From NCBI GenBank assembly GCA_046563655.1, contig CM102285.1:6820001-6884000 (forward strand): a DNA stretch of 64,000 nucleotides, written 5' to 3'. Numbering within the stretch: position 1 is the stretch's first letter; every line of letters starts with the position of its first letter. The DNA comes from Yuukianura sp. NJ FZ-2021 (Eukaryota). The notes beneath the pieces were generated by a model, which ran no database searches, was not told where the DNA came from, and saw nothing but the letters and a program-made list of their open reading frames with translations. Positions 40,231 through 52,960 of this stretch are shown piece by piece. The position numbers and the translations under genes are program-made.

Positions 40231-40307
40231 AATTCCTGTTTATGTTACATGAGGATTACGCTTATGATATTCAACAAACATATTAAATTATGTAGTGCGA
40301 TTGTTCC

Positions 40308-43300
40308 TTAATGTTTTGCTGACTTTCTTTTGAATTTTGGCATAGGATTGGAGCCATGCTTGTTCCGACAGTGTCTGTAAAAATATAAGTAGACTTGGAA
40401 CTGTTCTCCACATGTGTCGCATTTATAATTACTCTTGACTCGATCCTGGTCAGCATGCAGTCTCTGCTCGTGATACACCCTCTCGCTGATATGTCGAAAC
40501 GATTTGTCACAAAATCGGCAGTTATGTGATTTCTGTTTATGGGATCTCATGTGAACCTTCATTCGCGAAACGGCTGAGCGTCCCTCCTTCTTTGCACCAC
40601 AAATGTGGCATACAGCTTCCTGTTTTTGTTCATGCACCGACTCCACATGCGCCCGTAGAGCCTCATTGCTTTCAAATGGATCTCCGCCGCAGGCCAAAAC
40701 ACATTGCCAAGGTTTACTCTTTTCGTGGAGCTTTTCGTGGGTTTTACATAATTCTTCTGTGAAATTTGTACGTCCACAAACCCTGCACGCGTATATTTGT
40801 GCAACTTCCATATGGCGAGATCGAATATGGTTACTCAGCTGATAGTTGAATGTGTAACTTTTCGGGCAATAGGGACATTTCGGCTTTTCTTCCTCGCCTT
40901 TGTGAGAACCTCGTGCATGGGCACGATACGTGAACTCAGAGATGAATTCCCGGCCGCAAACATCGCATTTATACGGTTTTGCGTCTGTTGTTCCAGTTCC
41001 GTGTTTATTTATAACATGAGCCTTTAGGGCGTTTGGAAAAGGTGTACGGTACGAGCAGCCATCTTCTTTGCAATATATCGTTGTAGACTTCGTTCCTTTG
41101 CCCGTGACATTATCAGTGCGTTTTGGCTTCGCCTTTGTCCCTGAGTTTGCCTCATCGTCGTAAGGAATGTTTGGATGGTGCTTTTCCATGTGACGTTTTA
41201 GCTGGTTTTGAAAGAAGTAGCGACCATCGCATAACACGATCGGACAAATATACGGATGACTTCGTCCCAAGTGCACTTTATCAATGTGAGCATCTAGCCG
41301 GTGACCAGTTGGCATCGATTTATTCCACACATCAGCTTCACAAAACGGGCATTCGAAACGATCCTTTATTTGACCGTGAATATCCCGCATATGAATGTGC
41401 CAGAGATCCGTCGTGCGCATTCGGCGGTGACAAGCGGTCCTTCCGCATGCGAAGACGTGCTGCTTTTCCTTGTCGATTTGATCCAACATCAAAAGAAAAG
41501 TGAACGTCGACTCGAAACCATCTGCTGGAACTTTTCCCGCTTCCGACGGAATTGGGTTTGAACCGCACTTTGTATACAGAAGACCCTCCCATGTTGGGAG
41601 GTTCCCGGTTGCTTCTCGTCCAACTTTATCCAGTTCCTCCTTAATTTCACATGGTCTGGAAAATGTTTTTTCACAAACACGTTGCACCAGGCTTTCAACA
41701 TTTGTGCTATATTCTCTCGTGGTTGGCATATCCACTCTTGAGGCGTTGGAGGGGCGACCGCGGCCTCGTTTTGGAATTGAGTTGACTCCAGACACAAAAA
41801 AAGTTGGTGCTTCTCGTATCTCGGTCTCGGCGTCTTTTCCCGCGGTGATTGAGCAAGTACCGACAGACGATTCGGAATTGGAAACAATAAAGTCTGGGCC
41901 ACGAGCTGAATCTTCGTCTTCGTCCTCAGTCTCACAACACTCTTCTTCAAAGGCGCGCTTCCGAGGCATGGAAAGCAATCGAGCTGATCTTCTTCTTCGT
42001 AAGGAATCGCTCAAGGTAGTTTTCGAATTCATGCCCGCTGTATTTAATTGATTCTCTGTTGCATCGATACAAAAAGGACCATTTTCAGCAGTAGCTTCGT
42101 CTTCGGGTTCGCTAAGAAAATATGTACATACATTAATTTTCAGGTGAAATTAAGAAAACTTTTACAGCAATTAAATAATTTCAAAAAATAGCTTCCCAAT
42201 GCAAACAAATTGAATATGGTTCATGAGCAATTTTATCTGAAGCCTCAAGTTAGTTAGACGGGAGAGTTCACTAATGTTACTATTGAGAATTCATTCGACA
42301 ACACAAACTGTTTTACTTGTTTGTTTTTTCCGTGACAGGTGAAACGTTCCTGTTGCTGCTACGAAGGTGTTTTTTCGGAAAGTGATTCCCACAGTTCGTA
42401 GCTGAACATCCCGGTATTGTGCATCTAATGTGACGTTTCTGCGAATCCCCACTTGAGTCCAAGGTTGGAGACACTGAAAACACAATCAAGAATTAAATAC
42501 TGAATTTGGAAAAATTGAATTTTTAAGGAGGAATTTTTAAAAAAATTGAAAAAGAATGGAGGGGATGTCTCTAGCAAAATTAATGAAAAGGAATTATTCA
42601 TTTTCATGGATTTGAATCGAAGCCACAACGATATCCTTCCATCTCAGGTTGCGAATCCTTTACCGCGGTTGCCCGCTCCCTCGTCCAAAGGTTTTACGAC
42701 GGTTACTTTTTATACTGCACAAATTGAGCAACGACCATGTTCATGTTACACTCAGTTGTTGTGAGTGACGTTAATAAATTCCAATTCCGGAATCAAATAC
42801 TTGCGTATTTACCATGGATTTGACTATCGCCGCTTTCCTTTTCTTCAGATTTTAGCGTGGCAGAACGAACCCTCCGGGTTGGTAACGGCAAACGTACTCT
42901 GTTGTGCCCCAGCCCCTCATTCGTAACTGTTATGACTGGAGATTCCACTTCATCTCCTGTGGTTGTGCGTGAGCGTGTGTCGTTTTTATTACTTTCGGTC
43001 TCCAGAAGTTCCAACTCCATTGACGTTTGCGCTGACCCCGGAGATATGAAACCCAACCTTGGTGTCAATACAACATCTCCTAGGACACAAACGACTCTTT
43101 AGTTTAGGAGTTACTTACAGTTGGGGTATTAAGCAAGGCAACTAAACAAAAAGACACACGCGCTTTCTAAGATAGTCTCACGAGCAGTTTTTTAATTGTT
43201 TTTTGCGAACGTTATAGTGGGGTGGTATCCAGGGAGATTAATTTGTGCAAAAGTTGGTTGGGGTAATGATATGTGTTACTTGTAACCAGTGTTCGATATT

Positions 43301-44075
43301 TGGCACAAAATCAACTATTTGCCATTGAGTTGTAATGAATTTTTAGTAATTATAAGCGTAAAACTAGTATAATTCCATTTTCCAATCTTAAACCGTTCTA
43401 AACTACAGGTCTGATGATTGGTTACAACGGATGGTTACAATGGATGAATTTGCTTTTGTTGTCCCACCGAAGGAAAACGTTGTCACAGAAAAGTAAAAAA
43501 ACAATCCACCTCACTATAACTTTCGCAAAAAACAATTAAAAGACGGCTCGTGAGACTACCTTAGAAAGCACGTGTGTCTTTTTGTTTAGTTGCCTTGGTA
43601 TTAAGCACATTAGATTATAAAATTAATATGCTGTATGTGAATTGCTTACCTAGCTCAAAGGATGTTAGCACAGAAGTCGCAAGATTCGACAGTCCAGCAG
43701 AAGAGTAATTCGAAGGTTTCACATCATCGTACTCGTGTTCGTAATTATTGGCCGAATTCAAGAAATTGAAATTATCCAATAGCATCTTAGCAATTTTTCC
43801 TTCGCTTTTTCCAGTCGACTTAGCAAATTATGCACCCCCCTCATCATGAAATCAACATCCCGAAGAAGTTCCTTGCAAGAGCAGCAATACTCCGCAGCTT
43901 CAAAGAACGATACCGAGAACACATCTAAGTCTAACTCCAGTAGTTCGTGCACCGATTCCGCACAATTTTTGGACCATCCGACTTCCCATGGCTGTTTTAA
44001 ATGTGCTTCTTGTTGACAGAAGCAACACCTCTTTTCAGTCGTCGTACTGCTACACTGCATGTCGGAGAAACTCAT
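40308..44075 (-). CDS. ZAD-like/C2H2 zinc-finger transcription factor
   Basis: Exons at approximately 44075-43650, 43080-42812, 42473-42316 and 42111-40308. The N-terminus has CxxC...CxxC (CCFC...CCSC), followed by an AT-hook-like KRGRGRPS and about 10 C2H2 fingers. There is a 1-nt frameshift in the A-run at ~43794-43798. Confidence 0.85.
43134..43597. mobile_element. MITE with 8-bp TSD in the zinc-finger gene intron
   Basis: Long TIR CAAGGCAACTAAACAAAAAGACAC.../...GTGTCTTTTTGTTTAGTTGCCTTG, with TSD GTATTAAG (43126-43133 and 43598-43605). Confidence 0.9.
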
Positions 44076-45116
44076 ACTCGAGGAATCGACTCACGCCTTA
44101 AACGAAAACAAAAAGTTCAAGTTAAAATCAAACAAATTCATTCCGAAATCAGAAAGTGTGAATATAGCAGCTGAGTAGTTATTAGAGAGCCTTTTACGTT
44201 TGCAAATTCTGCTACCAACCATGAAGGGCGACTATACCTCCGCAATCGCAACAGGACGTCCCCGTGACCCCCATAAGACCATTTAAAAAAAACTAACCAA
44301 ATGAAAATGATTGACTTTGCTGAACTCAGAACTCATGACAAAAACAAAACAAGTAGAGCGTGGCGAGTTCTAAGATAAATTTGATTTCTCTGATCTGTAA
44401 ACGGTCGCAGTTCCTAATCCTTTGATTTCTCGGATAGTTTCGCTTGCGATTCGCATGGGCTTTGAGACAGAAACTCTTATTACTTACTAAAAAAAACGAG
44501 TTTCGAGTGTCCTTCGGCGGTAATTATTCTTCGAATTCACAAATTAAACAATCTTTAAGCCACAAACTTGTTCCCTATTAATGAGTTAAAAAGAAAGCCT
44601 GAAACGTGTTGGACTCCTGCTGCTGCATATAAAGGTTTGTTTATTGGTAGTGGTACCTTCCTGTGGGAAAACTAAACGGATTTTGATTTATGCAACGTGC
44701 AAAATCTGCAACCTCTCTAAAAGTTAATTCTAAGATTTCGACTTTTTTTTGTCGAAATTTTGCATTTTTGGGTATTGCATCACGAGGCTTCGATTTACAA
44801 AGTTCATTTGAGGCATTCGGGCTTTGAACGCACATGAAAGTACCGAATCAGAAGGTATCATGATTTACCTTGGTCCTTTGTGAATTATGAGGAATTGATT
44901 ACTGAATATGCGTGGCGAAGCAATCAATAGTTAGCCTTGCAAACCTTAACGTAATTACATAAACCACTTTTGATTGGACCAAAGTTTATAAAGTTAATGA
45001 AAATTCTCATGCAGAAATTTTAGAATTAAAGTACATTTATGCGTAGAGATTCGTAGCAGCCAATTTGATTCGCCATGTTTGACAACTTTTACATTAGATA
45101 CCGATTGAGAAATAAA

Positions 45117-46648
45117 TTACTCATCGTCAGAATCATTTTCAGATTGGAACTCTTCGTCTTTTACCTTTGCAATGCCTCTATTAGAAGTAGGGATGGATTG
45201 TGGATTTCTAAAGTAATTATCCGGGTCGTACTTCTGTTTGACTCGAATCAAACGCTGAAGATTGTTACCGTAGTATCTCTGAAGGTAGTTTCTCATGTCT
45301 GCATCCGGGTAATTTTGATACGTTTCTCTACTTCCAAAAATTTCTCCTCCGAAACTAAAAAATCGGTTGAGCCAACGCATTGCAGTACGATTCGCCGCAG
45401 CGTCTGACACCAAGGTGTAATCAACAGTTGCCCGAGCATTGTATCCGTTTTGGCTTCGATGAACAAAAGCAGTTTGACTTTGCTCTACATCATTAACTGC
45501 ACCACCATAACCTTCGAAGCGACAACGAATGGATGGAGGTTGCTCTCTCAATAGGCTGTACAATCGACTGATTTCGTTTCTTGAAAGAAGTTTTGGAACG
45601 AAAAATGACTTTGTTTTGATATGCTCCGGTTTAGATGAACCGTGTTTTAAATTTTCGAAGTCTGACGGTTTTTCCAATACAATTCCCGGCTTCAAGGTTC
45701 CCCCAAAATTTTTTGCTGTGTACAATAGAAATTCCGGGTAATTGTACGTGGCTACTGTTCGATTCCTGGTTCTAGGAAATCTTGCTTCGAGTCTTCGAAA
45801 TACTTCACTTGTTCCAGTGGAATCAAAAAAGTGAATTTTAATAGCACGGTTTCGAAGTCTAAAATTTGGTGTAATTCTTCTAGGAGCGCCAACATGAAAT
45901 TCTTGCCAAGCGTGAAAAACTTCTTGAAAGTTGCGTAGGTCGTAGAATAAAACGCCTTCAAATATTTGTTGCGGGGTGTTCACCGTTCTGAAAATGAATC
46001 GTGTTATTATTCCAAAACTCGCTCCACCTCCACCACGACGCGCCCAGTACAAATCAGAATTCGTAGAGTTGTTGACCGTAATCAGTGTGCCGGCGGCAGT
46101 GACAATGTTAAGTTCGTCGATGAAATCAGTGGTAAGTCCAAATTGTCGAGTGAAGTAACCGTGACCTCCTCCCGGTGCAAGTCCACCGATACCCACCATG
46201 GTACACAAACCAATAGGAAAAAAGCGTTGACCCGAGCTCCATAGTTTCCAAGCCATTGGCCCCAGAATTGTGCCTCCACCTACCGAAGCTCTGTCATTTC
46301 TCAACGAAACGGCTGACATTTTGCGCAAGTCAACCACGACGGAATTTTCGTCGCCATAGGCGAATTTTTCATACTGGTGACCTCCTGACCTCGCTACAAC
46401 TCTGACGTTATGCCTTCGTCCACAAATGACAACAGATATCACGTCTCTTTCCCTCGAAGGAAGAACGTAGGCTCGCGGTCGTATTTGTGGAGGATTAAGA
46501 CGAAACTGGTAATTCAAGTCCGAGTAGGCTCTTGAACTTCCGCGCTGCACGATGTCACTCTGTCTGAATCTGCGTTCTGTAATGCATGATCTGAAGGCAC
46601 TGAAATCCTGACAACAAGACAATGCAATAGTCAGAAACAATGCAATAT
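45117..46648 (-). CDS. FAD-linked oxidase, berberine-bridge-enzyme-like (FAD_binding_4 + BBE), intronless body
   Basis: Motifs are ARSGGHQYE (flavinylation His), GLCTMVGIGGLAPGGGHG, DLYWARRGGGGASFGIIT and the C-terminal YQNYPD...YYGNNLQRLIRVKQKYDPDNYF. The N-terminus IALFLTIALSCC is hydrophobic. The probable start ATG at 47518 lies beyond an insertion. Confidence 0.9.
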
Positions 46649-47486
46649 CCCTAGTAACCAAAGTTGGTACCGAGTACGTACGCCGCTTGTCTCAATGTTT
46701 TAGATGCGACGAAGCAAAGAACGTAATTGGTACAATCGGGGAACGCATCTGGTACGACGCGTTGACCACCAAATTCCCTGGCTGGTTACGTACCAGCTCC
46801 GTCCTTAGCGAGACCTTCGTGGGACACCCATAGGACGATCTTGCTGCGCGAAGGAAAAAACTCATTCTCCTCCCATTGATTCGAACTCTCTGCCTCCCTA
46901 CTCATACCTTATTTGTTACCTGCCTCGCACTCCACTTGGCCACTTGGTCTTGTTTTGTATTGAAGGTTTCATTGACGATATTGTTTGAAATTATCAATTG
47001 ATTATTAAAGTTCGGAATCCGAAACTTTTTTCAAATTTTGTTTTTGAAAAACAGTTTTCACAATAACTATTATTATTTTCACCATCCTAATGGACGGTTG
47101 ATCATTACGGCTTTCCAGTAATGATCAATTCCTACCAAGCGTTAATTATTAATGCCTGAGTAATTAATGATTGATAGGAATTCGTACCGCAATCATTGTT
47201 CATAAAGTTGAAAATAAAACTGTTCATGGAAACTATCAGCTTCGTAGAAAAATGTACATTCCATATGGTTTCAGATGCTAAATTAAACTTTGGAAAATTT
47301 TCTTTAAAACATATGTTTTTCCGGGATGATAATGGGACGTACCACGAACGCCTCGTACGTTGGAGAAAGTTCTGCGCAAAACAGTACGTAAGCGGTACGC
47401 ACCACGACCGTCCTTAAAATATGAGACGATATCGCTCCGTTTTACACCTTTGGCGTACGTACCATCGCGGTAGCTGGTTACTAGGG
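46649..47486. mobile_element. 838-bp TIR element inserted in the 5' end of the BBE-like gene
   Basis: TIR CCCTAGTAACCA (46649-46660) and TGGTTACTAGGG (47475-47486), flanked by AT on both sides, with subterminal GTACG repeats. Confidence 0.8.
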
Positions 47487-47903
47487 ATGGCTATAAACCT
47501 AAAATGTCTAACTGCCATCTTAATTGTCGAAAGAACTAAAGTAAATAATACGGCAACATGTTAGCAATGACTCGTTTATATCCCAATCCTCTGGATACAA
47601 CTGCTAACTTCAAGGACTAAGTGTTCAATTGATATGTCGCAGCAACCCATGTTCTATTCTGTGCTTGATGAATCGTGTATTCTACGTCAGATCATAAATC
47701 TTAGTTACTTTAATTGTCTACAATTTCTGAATTATCGCCACGTAGTCGCACAAAATGGTGTGCAATATTTCTCAGAAAGAACAATTAATTCATTTGCACA
47801 ACAAAGTGAAGGAAATTCTGTGACATGTTACGCATTAGAGGTCGTAAAGTGACAGGGTGATCTGATATGCAATTGGCTAATGAGAACTTTGTTAAAAAAA
47901 TTG

Positions 47904-49360
47904 CAAGTTTAACCACCCAACGGAATACTAACGTCACAAGTTAATTTATGACTATAACTAAAACTGATTAACCCGGTATGAATATATAGGACTCCAGCAG
48001 GATTCCTGTAGAGCTCCCACTTTTACGGAGATAGAATTACAGTTGTTGCATTGCGCCAAGCAGGGTGCGTGATAGGGTTAACCGTTCCGGAGCCTTTTTG
48101 AAAAAAACAAACTTTTTGAGCTGGTTGAATTTTTTCAACCAGCTTTGTTTGTTGCGGAAATAATTTCAAATAATTTAATTTTTAGTACAGTGCGTTTCTT
48201 AAAGTTCTTGATGATTAATTTGGTATAACCAATCAATGAATTTATTTGATTTTGGCCTTCTCTCCTATGAATTACTTAATTTTGTATAATTAAAAATTAT
48301 GTCTTGAACAACATTTTGATTTGGATCAAAGGATTTTAACCTAAAGATTAAATTTTATTTAGTTTTTTCGTTTTCGTTTTAATTTCGTTTAGTTTCCTTT
48401 ATTCTTTTTTTGAAAAAAATTGAATCATGGAATTTTGAGTTTCGGTTTTTTCTGAAAAACGAAAACGAAACGAGAGGTATCGTTTTCCAAAAATAGGGTA
48501 ATAAAAACAAAACGAACGAGATTTTCGTTTTTCCAGAAAACGACGGCAACCCTATCATCAAGAGATATGGCAATTGTTCTCTTCCTCACCCTACATCACA
48601 AGTGCATTCCCATTCATCGCTTATGAAGATTCGCTCTGTACGTACAAATTAAAAATTCAAAAACGTCATAGCAACAGATGTAGTTAGCTGATCGAAGTCA
48701 GCCAGCTCAAAAATTGTGTTTTTTTTCAAAAAGGCTCCGGAACGGTTAACCCTATCCTCCACCAACCCTGGCGCCAAGCCTGTTTTCTTAAATTAAATTG
48801 AAATAATATCAAAAACTAACACCTTAAAAAAATAAAATGACAAAAATAATAATTTAATAATTTTGATGACATTTCTCAAGGTTGCTATAGCAACCAATCT
48901 ACAACCAGTCTACAAGAGGTTATCCAGTACCTCACAGTTTCCAAAAATCTTACTCCAAACAAATTTCTGCACCAATTCCGCACCAATCAATCCCATTTGC
49001 ATCAAATGCAAAAAATTACCATGGAAAGTCAAAATTTTTTGTTCAAACAAATTTTAAAAGTTCCAGTTACTGGACAACATGATGTAGAAAAATTGTTTTT
49101 TTTTATTTTGGTTTACGAACCTTGGAATTTCTGTGCGAAGTGGACCTCTGAGATTATTGTATTCCTCGGTTTAATTTTAAAAAAAAGTGCTTCATATAAA
49201 TTCAATAGTCTTGTTAATAGGTAAAGGCTGAAAGATGCGGAATTTACAAAACTGAGACTTACTAAAATATATGGTAGTGCGGTGCTGAACATATTAGAGC
49301 TTGTAGGTTAGGTTGGGGTGTAAACTGGGACTGCATTCGTTGTAACCGACGTCGTCATAC
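47904..49360 (+). repeat. Second copy of the 39332-40230 segment, with its own insertions
   Basis: Colinear blocks are shared with 39332-40230. This copy lacks the 39701-~40140 insert and carries inserts at 48061-48770 and ~48863-49130. Confidence 0.85.
48061..48770. mobile_element. hAT-like MITE
   Basis: TIR CAGGGT...GATAGGGTTAACCGTTCCGGAGCCTTTTTG and its reverse complement ending ACCCTG, with TSD GCGCCAAG (48053-48060 and 48771-48778). The empty site ACGCCAAG is at ~39465 in the paralogous copy. Confidence 0.92.
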
Positions 49361-49499
49361 TAGCTGTAACTGTGCTCATTCAGATTGTTACAATAGGTAA
49401 GTGCAGTGCGACCAACTGTCCACTAGGAGGTTAAATATATAAAAACTTTTTATGTATCTGTAATTTAAAAACCGGTTTTCGTTTTGAAGAATCATGTTT

Positions 49500-49812
49500 C
49501 AGAGTCCTGCACTTCTGCGTACCCAAACACCCGATCCCCGATCCTTCGAGCCAACTCCGCGCTTTTACCGGCGGCGATCCCTTTTCGGCTATCCCGCGAT
49601 CTCGAACCGGCGATCTGAAAGAGGCGGGGATCCCTGCTTCCGATCCCCATGCTGTTAATATTGAGATCGAGATCGGGAAAAAATCACAAACTTTCGTGCG
49701 CTTTTATGCACCCGATCCCCAATTATTTGGGCTTATCTCGCGATCTTACTGGCTATGATCTCCGATCTGGTATCGGAAATCGGGAATCTAGGATGCGAAA
49801 GTGCTGAACCAT
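49500..49812. mobile_element. Possible MITE rich in CCGATC/GATCCC motifs
   Basis: Many GATC-centred repeats and weak terminal inversion (CTGCACTTCTGCGTACC versus GGATGCGAAAGTGCTG). Confidence 0.4.
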
Positions 49813-49877
49813 TTCATCAAGTTCCATAATCTTCATTCATACTTTGGAACTGGGCAGAAGCGGACGTGTTCTTCACC

Positions 49878-51520
49878 ATGTTCTGGATATACGCAATTAA
49901 TTGCACTTTTAGTGTTCAGCGCCAAATTCAAAAATTGGTACAAATGTAAGACGTACTGCCCTAGGCGCGGAGTCGCTGTATTTAATGCGGACAAATTTAC
50001 ATCGTGGTAACTGTTGCGCAACGAATTCGAACTGGTGTTGTACAATGGCATTAACAAAGAAGGTGAAGGTTACAACATGTACGTTGGACATTTAGAGGGG
50101 TCTCACAACCTGTGCTCTACATTACTGACCCTGACATCATCAAACACAGCATGGTATGTCAACTAACAAATCAAAATAATTGAAATTAGAAAAACTAAAC
50201 TTTGAAAATGTTTTAATTTTTGGTCAAACGTCAAAGATTTCGATTGTTTTGTCGATCGCCGTGAATTCAATTCCGCAAAGACTGATCCTCTTCTTGGCCT
50301 TATGCTGGCCAATACGAGAGGTCACTTCTGGAAAGACTTGAGGTCAACTTTAACTCCCGCCCTGTCTTCAGGCAGAATCCGACGCATGCACTCTATTTTC
50401 ACTGACGCTTCGCAGAAATTGACAAAATACACTGACGAACAACTTGTTCATGAGAAGGAAACAGAAATGCATACCTCGTGACCCGATTTGCTATGCACAT
50501 TGCCTCATCTGCTTTTGGACTAGAGAGTTCCAGTTTCACAAAAAAAGAGACCGAATTTGCAAAATATACGAGAAGATTTCATGAAAACTTTTCCGGTTTC
50601 AAAAACATGGTTGTGATGAAACTGATCGTGAGTCTCAAATTTCTTGACCTCAACGATTTTGATAAACGTAAGGAAATCAAAACCGCGCACAACAGGTAAC
50701 GGAGGCTTTAGTTCTGGCCCAGTGTCTTCTCTTTTCCTTTTCGGGAGTGACGACCGTTGTGGCTCAGTTGGTCATGGCCACTAACGAATTGGCCCACCAT
50801 CCAGACATTCAAGAGCGACTTTACGCAGAAGTGAAAGCAGCAGAGGTCAAGTGTCAAGGTCAAACCGACTACGATACACTGATGACCTTGCCCTACTTGA
50901 ATGCTGTCATTTTGGAGACATTGAGAAAGTGGTCCAACACGTTCAGGCTTGAAAGAATGGCGGTCAAATGCCCCTCAAAGTTCCGAGCACTGCTTTCGTC
51001 ATTGAGAAAAACACGTTGGTCGTAGTGCCTCAACTTGGACAGATGCGAGATGATCGTAAATTTTCAAAATTTTAATTTAAAGAAATGTATTTTAAGAATT
51101 TCAGAAAATTTGGACTGAAGATTTCTAAATTGGTTTAAATTTAAATATTTTTTAGATTATTTTCCTAATCCAGACAAGTTTGAACCGGAACGATTCAGTG
51201 CCGAGAATAAGTCGAAGATAAATCCATACACACACATTCCTTTTGGTAAATCACAATACATTAATTAATAATTAAATCTATTAATTAAAATTTAATTTAT
51301 TAATACGTTAATTAGAATTAATTGATTTTGCAATAGGGATTGGTTCACGCAGTTGTATTGCCACGAGATTTGCTCTGGCTGAAATGAAAACGGCGCTCAG
51401 TAATTTCATTCTACGCTACCAGTTAGAACCTTCGGCCAAAACAAAAATGCCGGGCAGAAACAACCATCCATGGCATTGCAAACCGCAGGCTGGTCAGTGG
51501 TTGTCAATTAAACTGTCATG
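49878..51520 (+). pseudogene. Cytochrome P450, CYP3 clan (CYP9-like), disrupted
   Basis: Fragments read PVLYITDPDIIKHSM|VKDFDCFVDRR, WKDLRSTLTPALSSGRIRRM, a degenerate I-helix AQCLLFSFSGVTT, ETLRKW (ExxR), [12 protein letters not shown] and the heme motif PFG|IGSRSCIA. There are several frameshifts/stops and an apparent internal deletion before the I-helix. Confidence 0.85.
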
Positions 51521-52149
51521 AAATGACTGTTCCAACTCAGCGACTCCAACTTCACATCAATCTCCATATGTAAATTTACTAATTAGAGATCTTTCTGTCT
51601 TTGAGTTAAAGTTTAAAACCCAAAGGTCATTGTCTTTTTGTTAAAAATAGATTTCTAGTTTACAAATATTGTAATTTGAAGTAGAATTCACTCTTGTTTT
51701 ACTCCAGTGGTTTCCGGTCTTGGCCCTATAAAAGGACCCAGCACCGCCTGTACATACAATTCATTACACTTCTTCCTTCTGCTCTGCTTGGAGCAGGAGA
51801 CTTTACTACTCGCCAGTTTGAATTTCGCATTTAACTTTTGAAAATAAAAAGTTCATTTTTTCCTCGCAATAAGCGAGGCACAAAACTTGTAGTGTTGTCT
51901 TTCTTTTTCTTTAGGCCTAAAAGGCCTTTTTCACTACAAAACGTAGAAATTGAAATTTCAAAAAGTTCAGAATGAGTAAAGTTGAAATTTTTCAAAATTT
52001 GTAATAAATAATACACTTTTTAACATATATTTTTTTCACCTGTTTTCCAAAGCAAAATTTTCCAAATTATGTAAAAATTTTACCAAAATTTTACATCATG
52101 TCGAGATATTAGTTCAAGGTGATCAGCAACGTGGAAAAATGTCTGTCAC

Positions 52150-52430
52150 GCAATCAACAAGCATTTTTTCTTGTGGAAACAGTGTGTTGTAGGAACCATG
52201 CAGCCTCGTTTCTGTTGTGAATGAAACTAAAATCCGTTTTTGTACACCTAGTCTTGAGTAATTATAGGAAATTTTGGTGGTTCGAAATCTGTTGCATTGA
52301 AATTTATCACGTAAATGTTACATTCTGAGGTAAAAGGCGTAAACCATGGATTCAAGTCAAATTCGAATGCAGCAATTCCAAATTGTTCAAAATTTGTGTA
52401 GAACATTAGGCAAAACACAAACGAGGACAT
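52150..52430 (-). pseudogene. 5' fragment paralogous to the 52961-55097 gene
   Basis: DLNPWFTPFTSECNIYVINFNATDFEPPKFPIITQD aligns with DLNPWFSPFASECNNIYVINLNATNFGPLEFPIFTQN. Upstream DNA at ~52650-52930 is also duplicated at ~55320-55585. Confidence 0.7.
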
Positions 52431-52960
52431 GACAGATTTTGAGGATGTGATAAGTCTCTGGATTAAAATTTTAATGAAGCAGTGAAAATTTGAGCAAGAG
52501 AAATTCAAATTAGAGATCTTACTAAAACATTTTTCTAATTTAAATTTTTTCCCTGAAGAAGGACAAAGTCAATTGTCCGAAAGCTTGGATTTTGTTCTCA
52601 ATATAAATAGATTCCACAACTGGAGTACATCCGAAAAATGAAAACTAAGAGAAATTCAAAATTCCATCAGCCAAACAAAAGCGAATGAGAATAAGCAACT
52701 GCAAAGTTCGAAGTTCTCGTGAGTCAGAATTTCGTGACTTGATAAATTTAATTTTCTTTAAAAGTAAAATTTTATCCGCGTTTAACAAGCACTTTCGAAA
52801 TTGAATCTATTTAAAATATAATTTTTTTCAATTCTTATAACTAAAAATTTCTAGTAGGTTTATGTAAACACGAATATATATTATTTTACCGACAATTTTT
52901 TTTTGAAAAACACCTTTTTTCCTGTTCCTATTTTTACTACTTATTTCTGATTTCGTGCAA

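Noticed and set aside
40526..42051. Plus-strand ORFs over the zinc-finger exon, and similar antisense ORFs over the SecA-like gene
   Set aside because: They are shadow frames of real coding exons and show no motifs.
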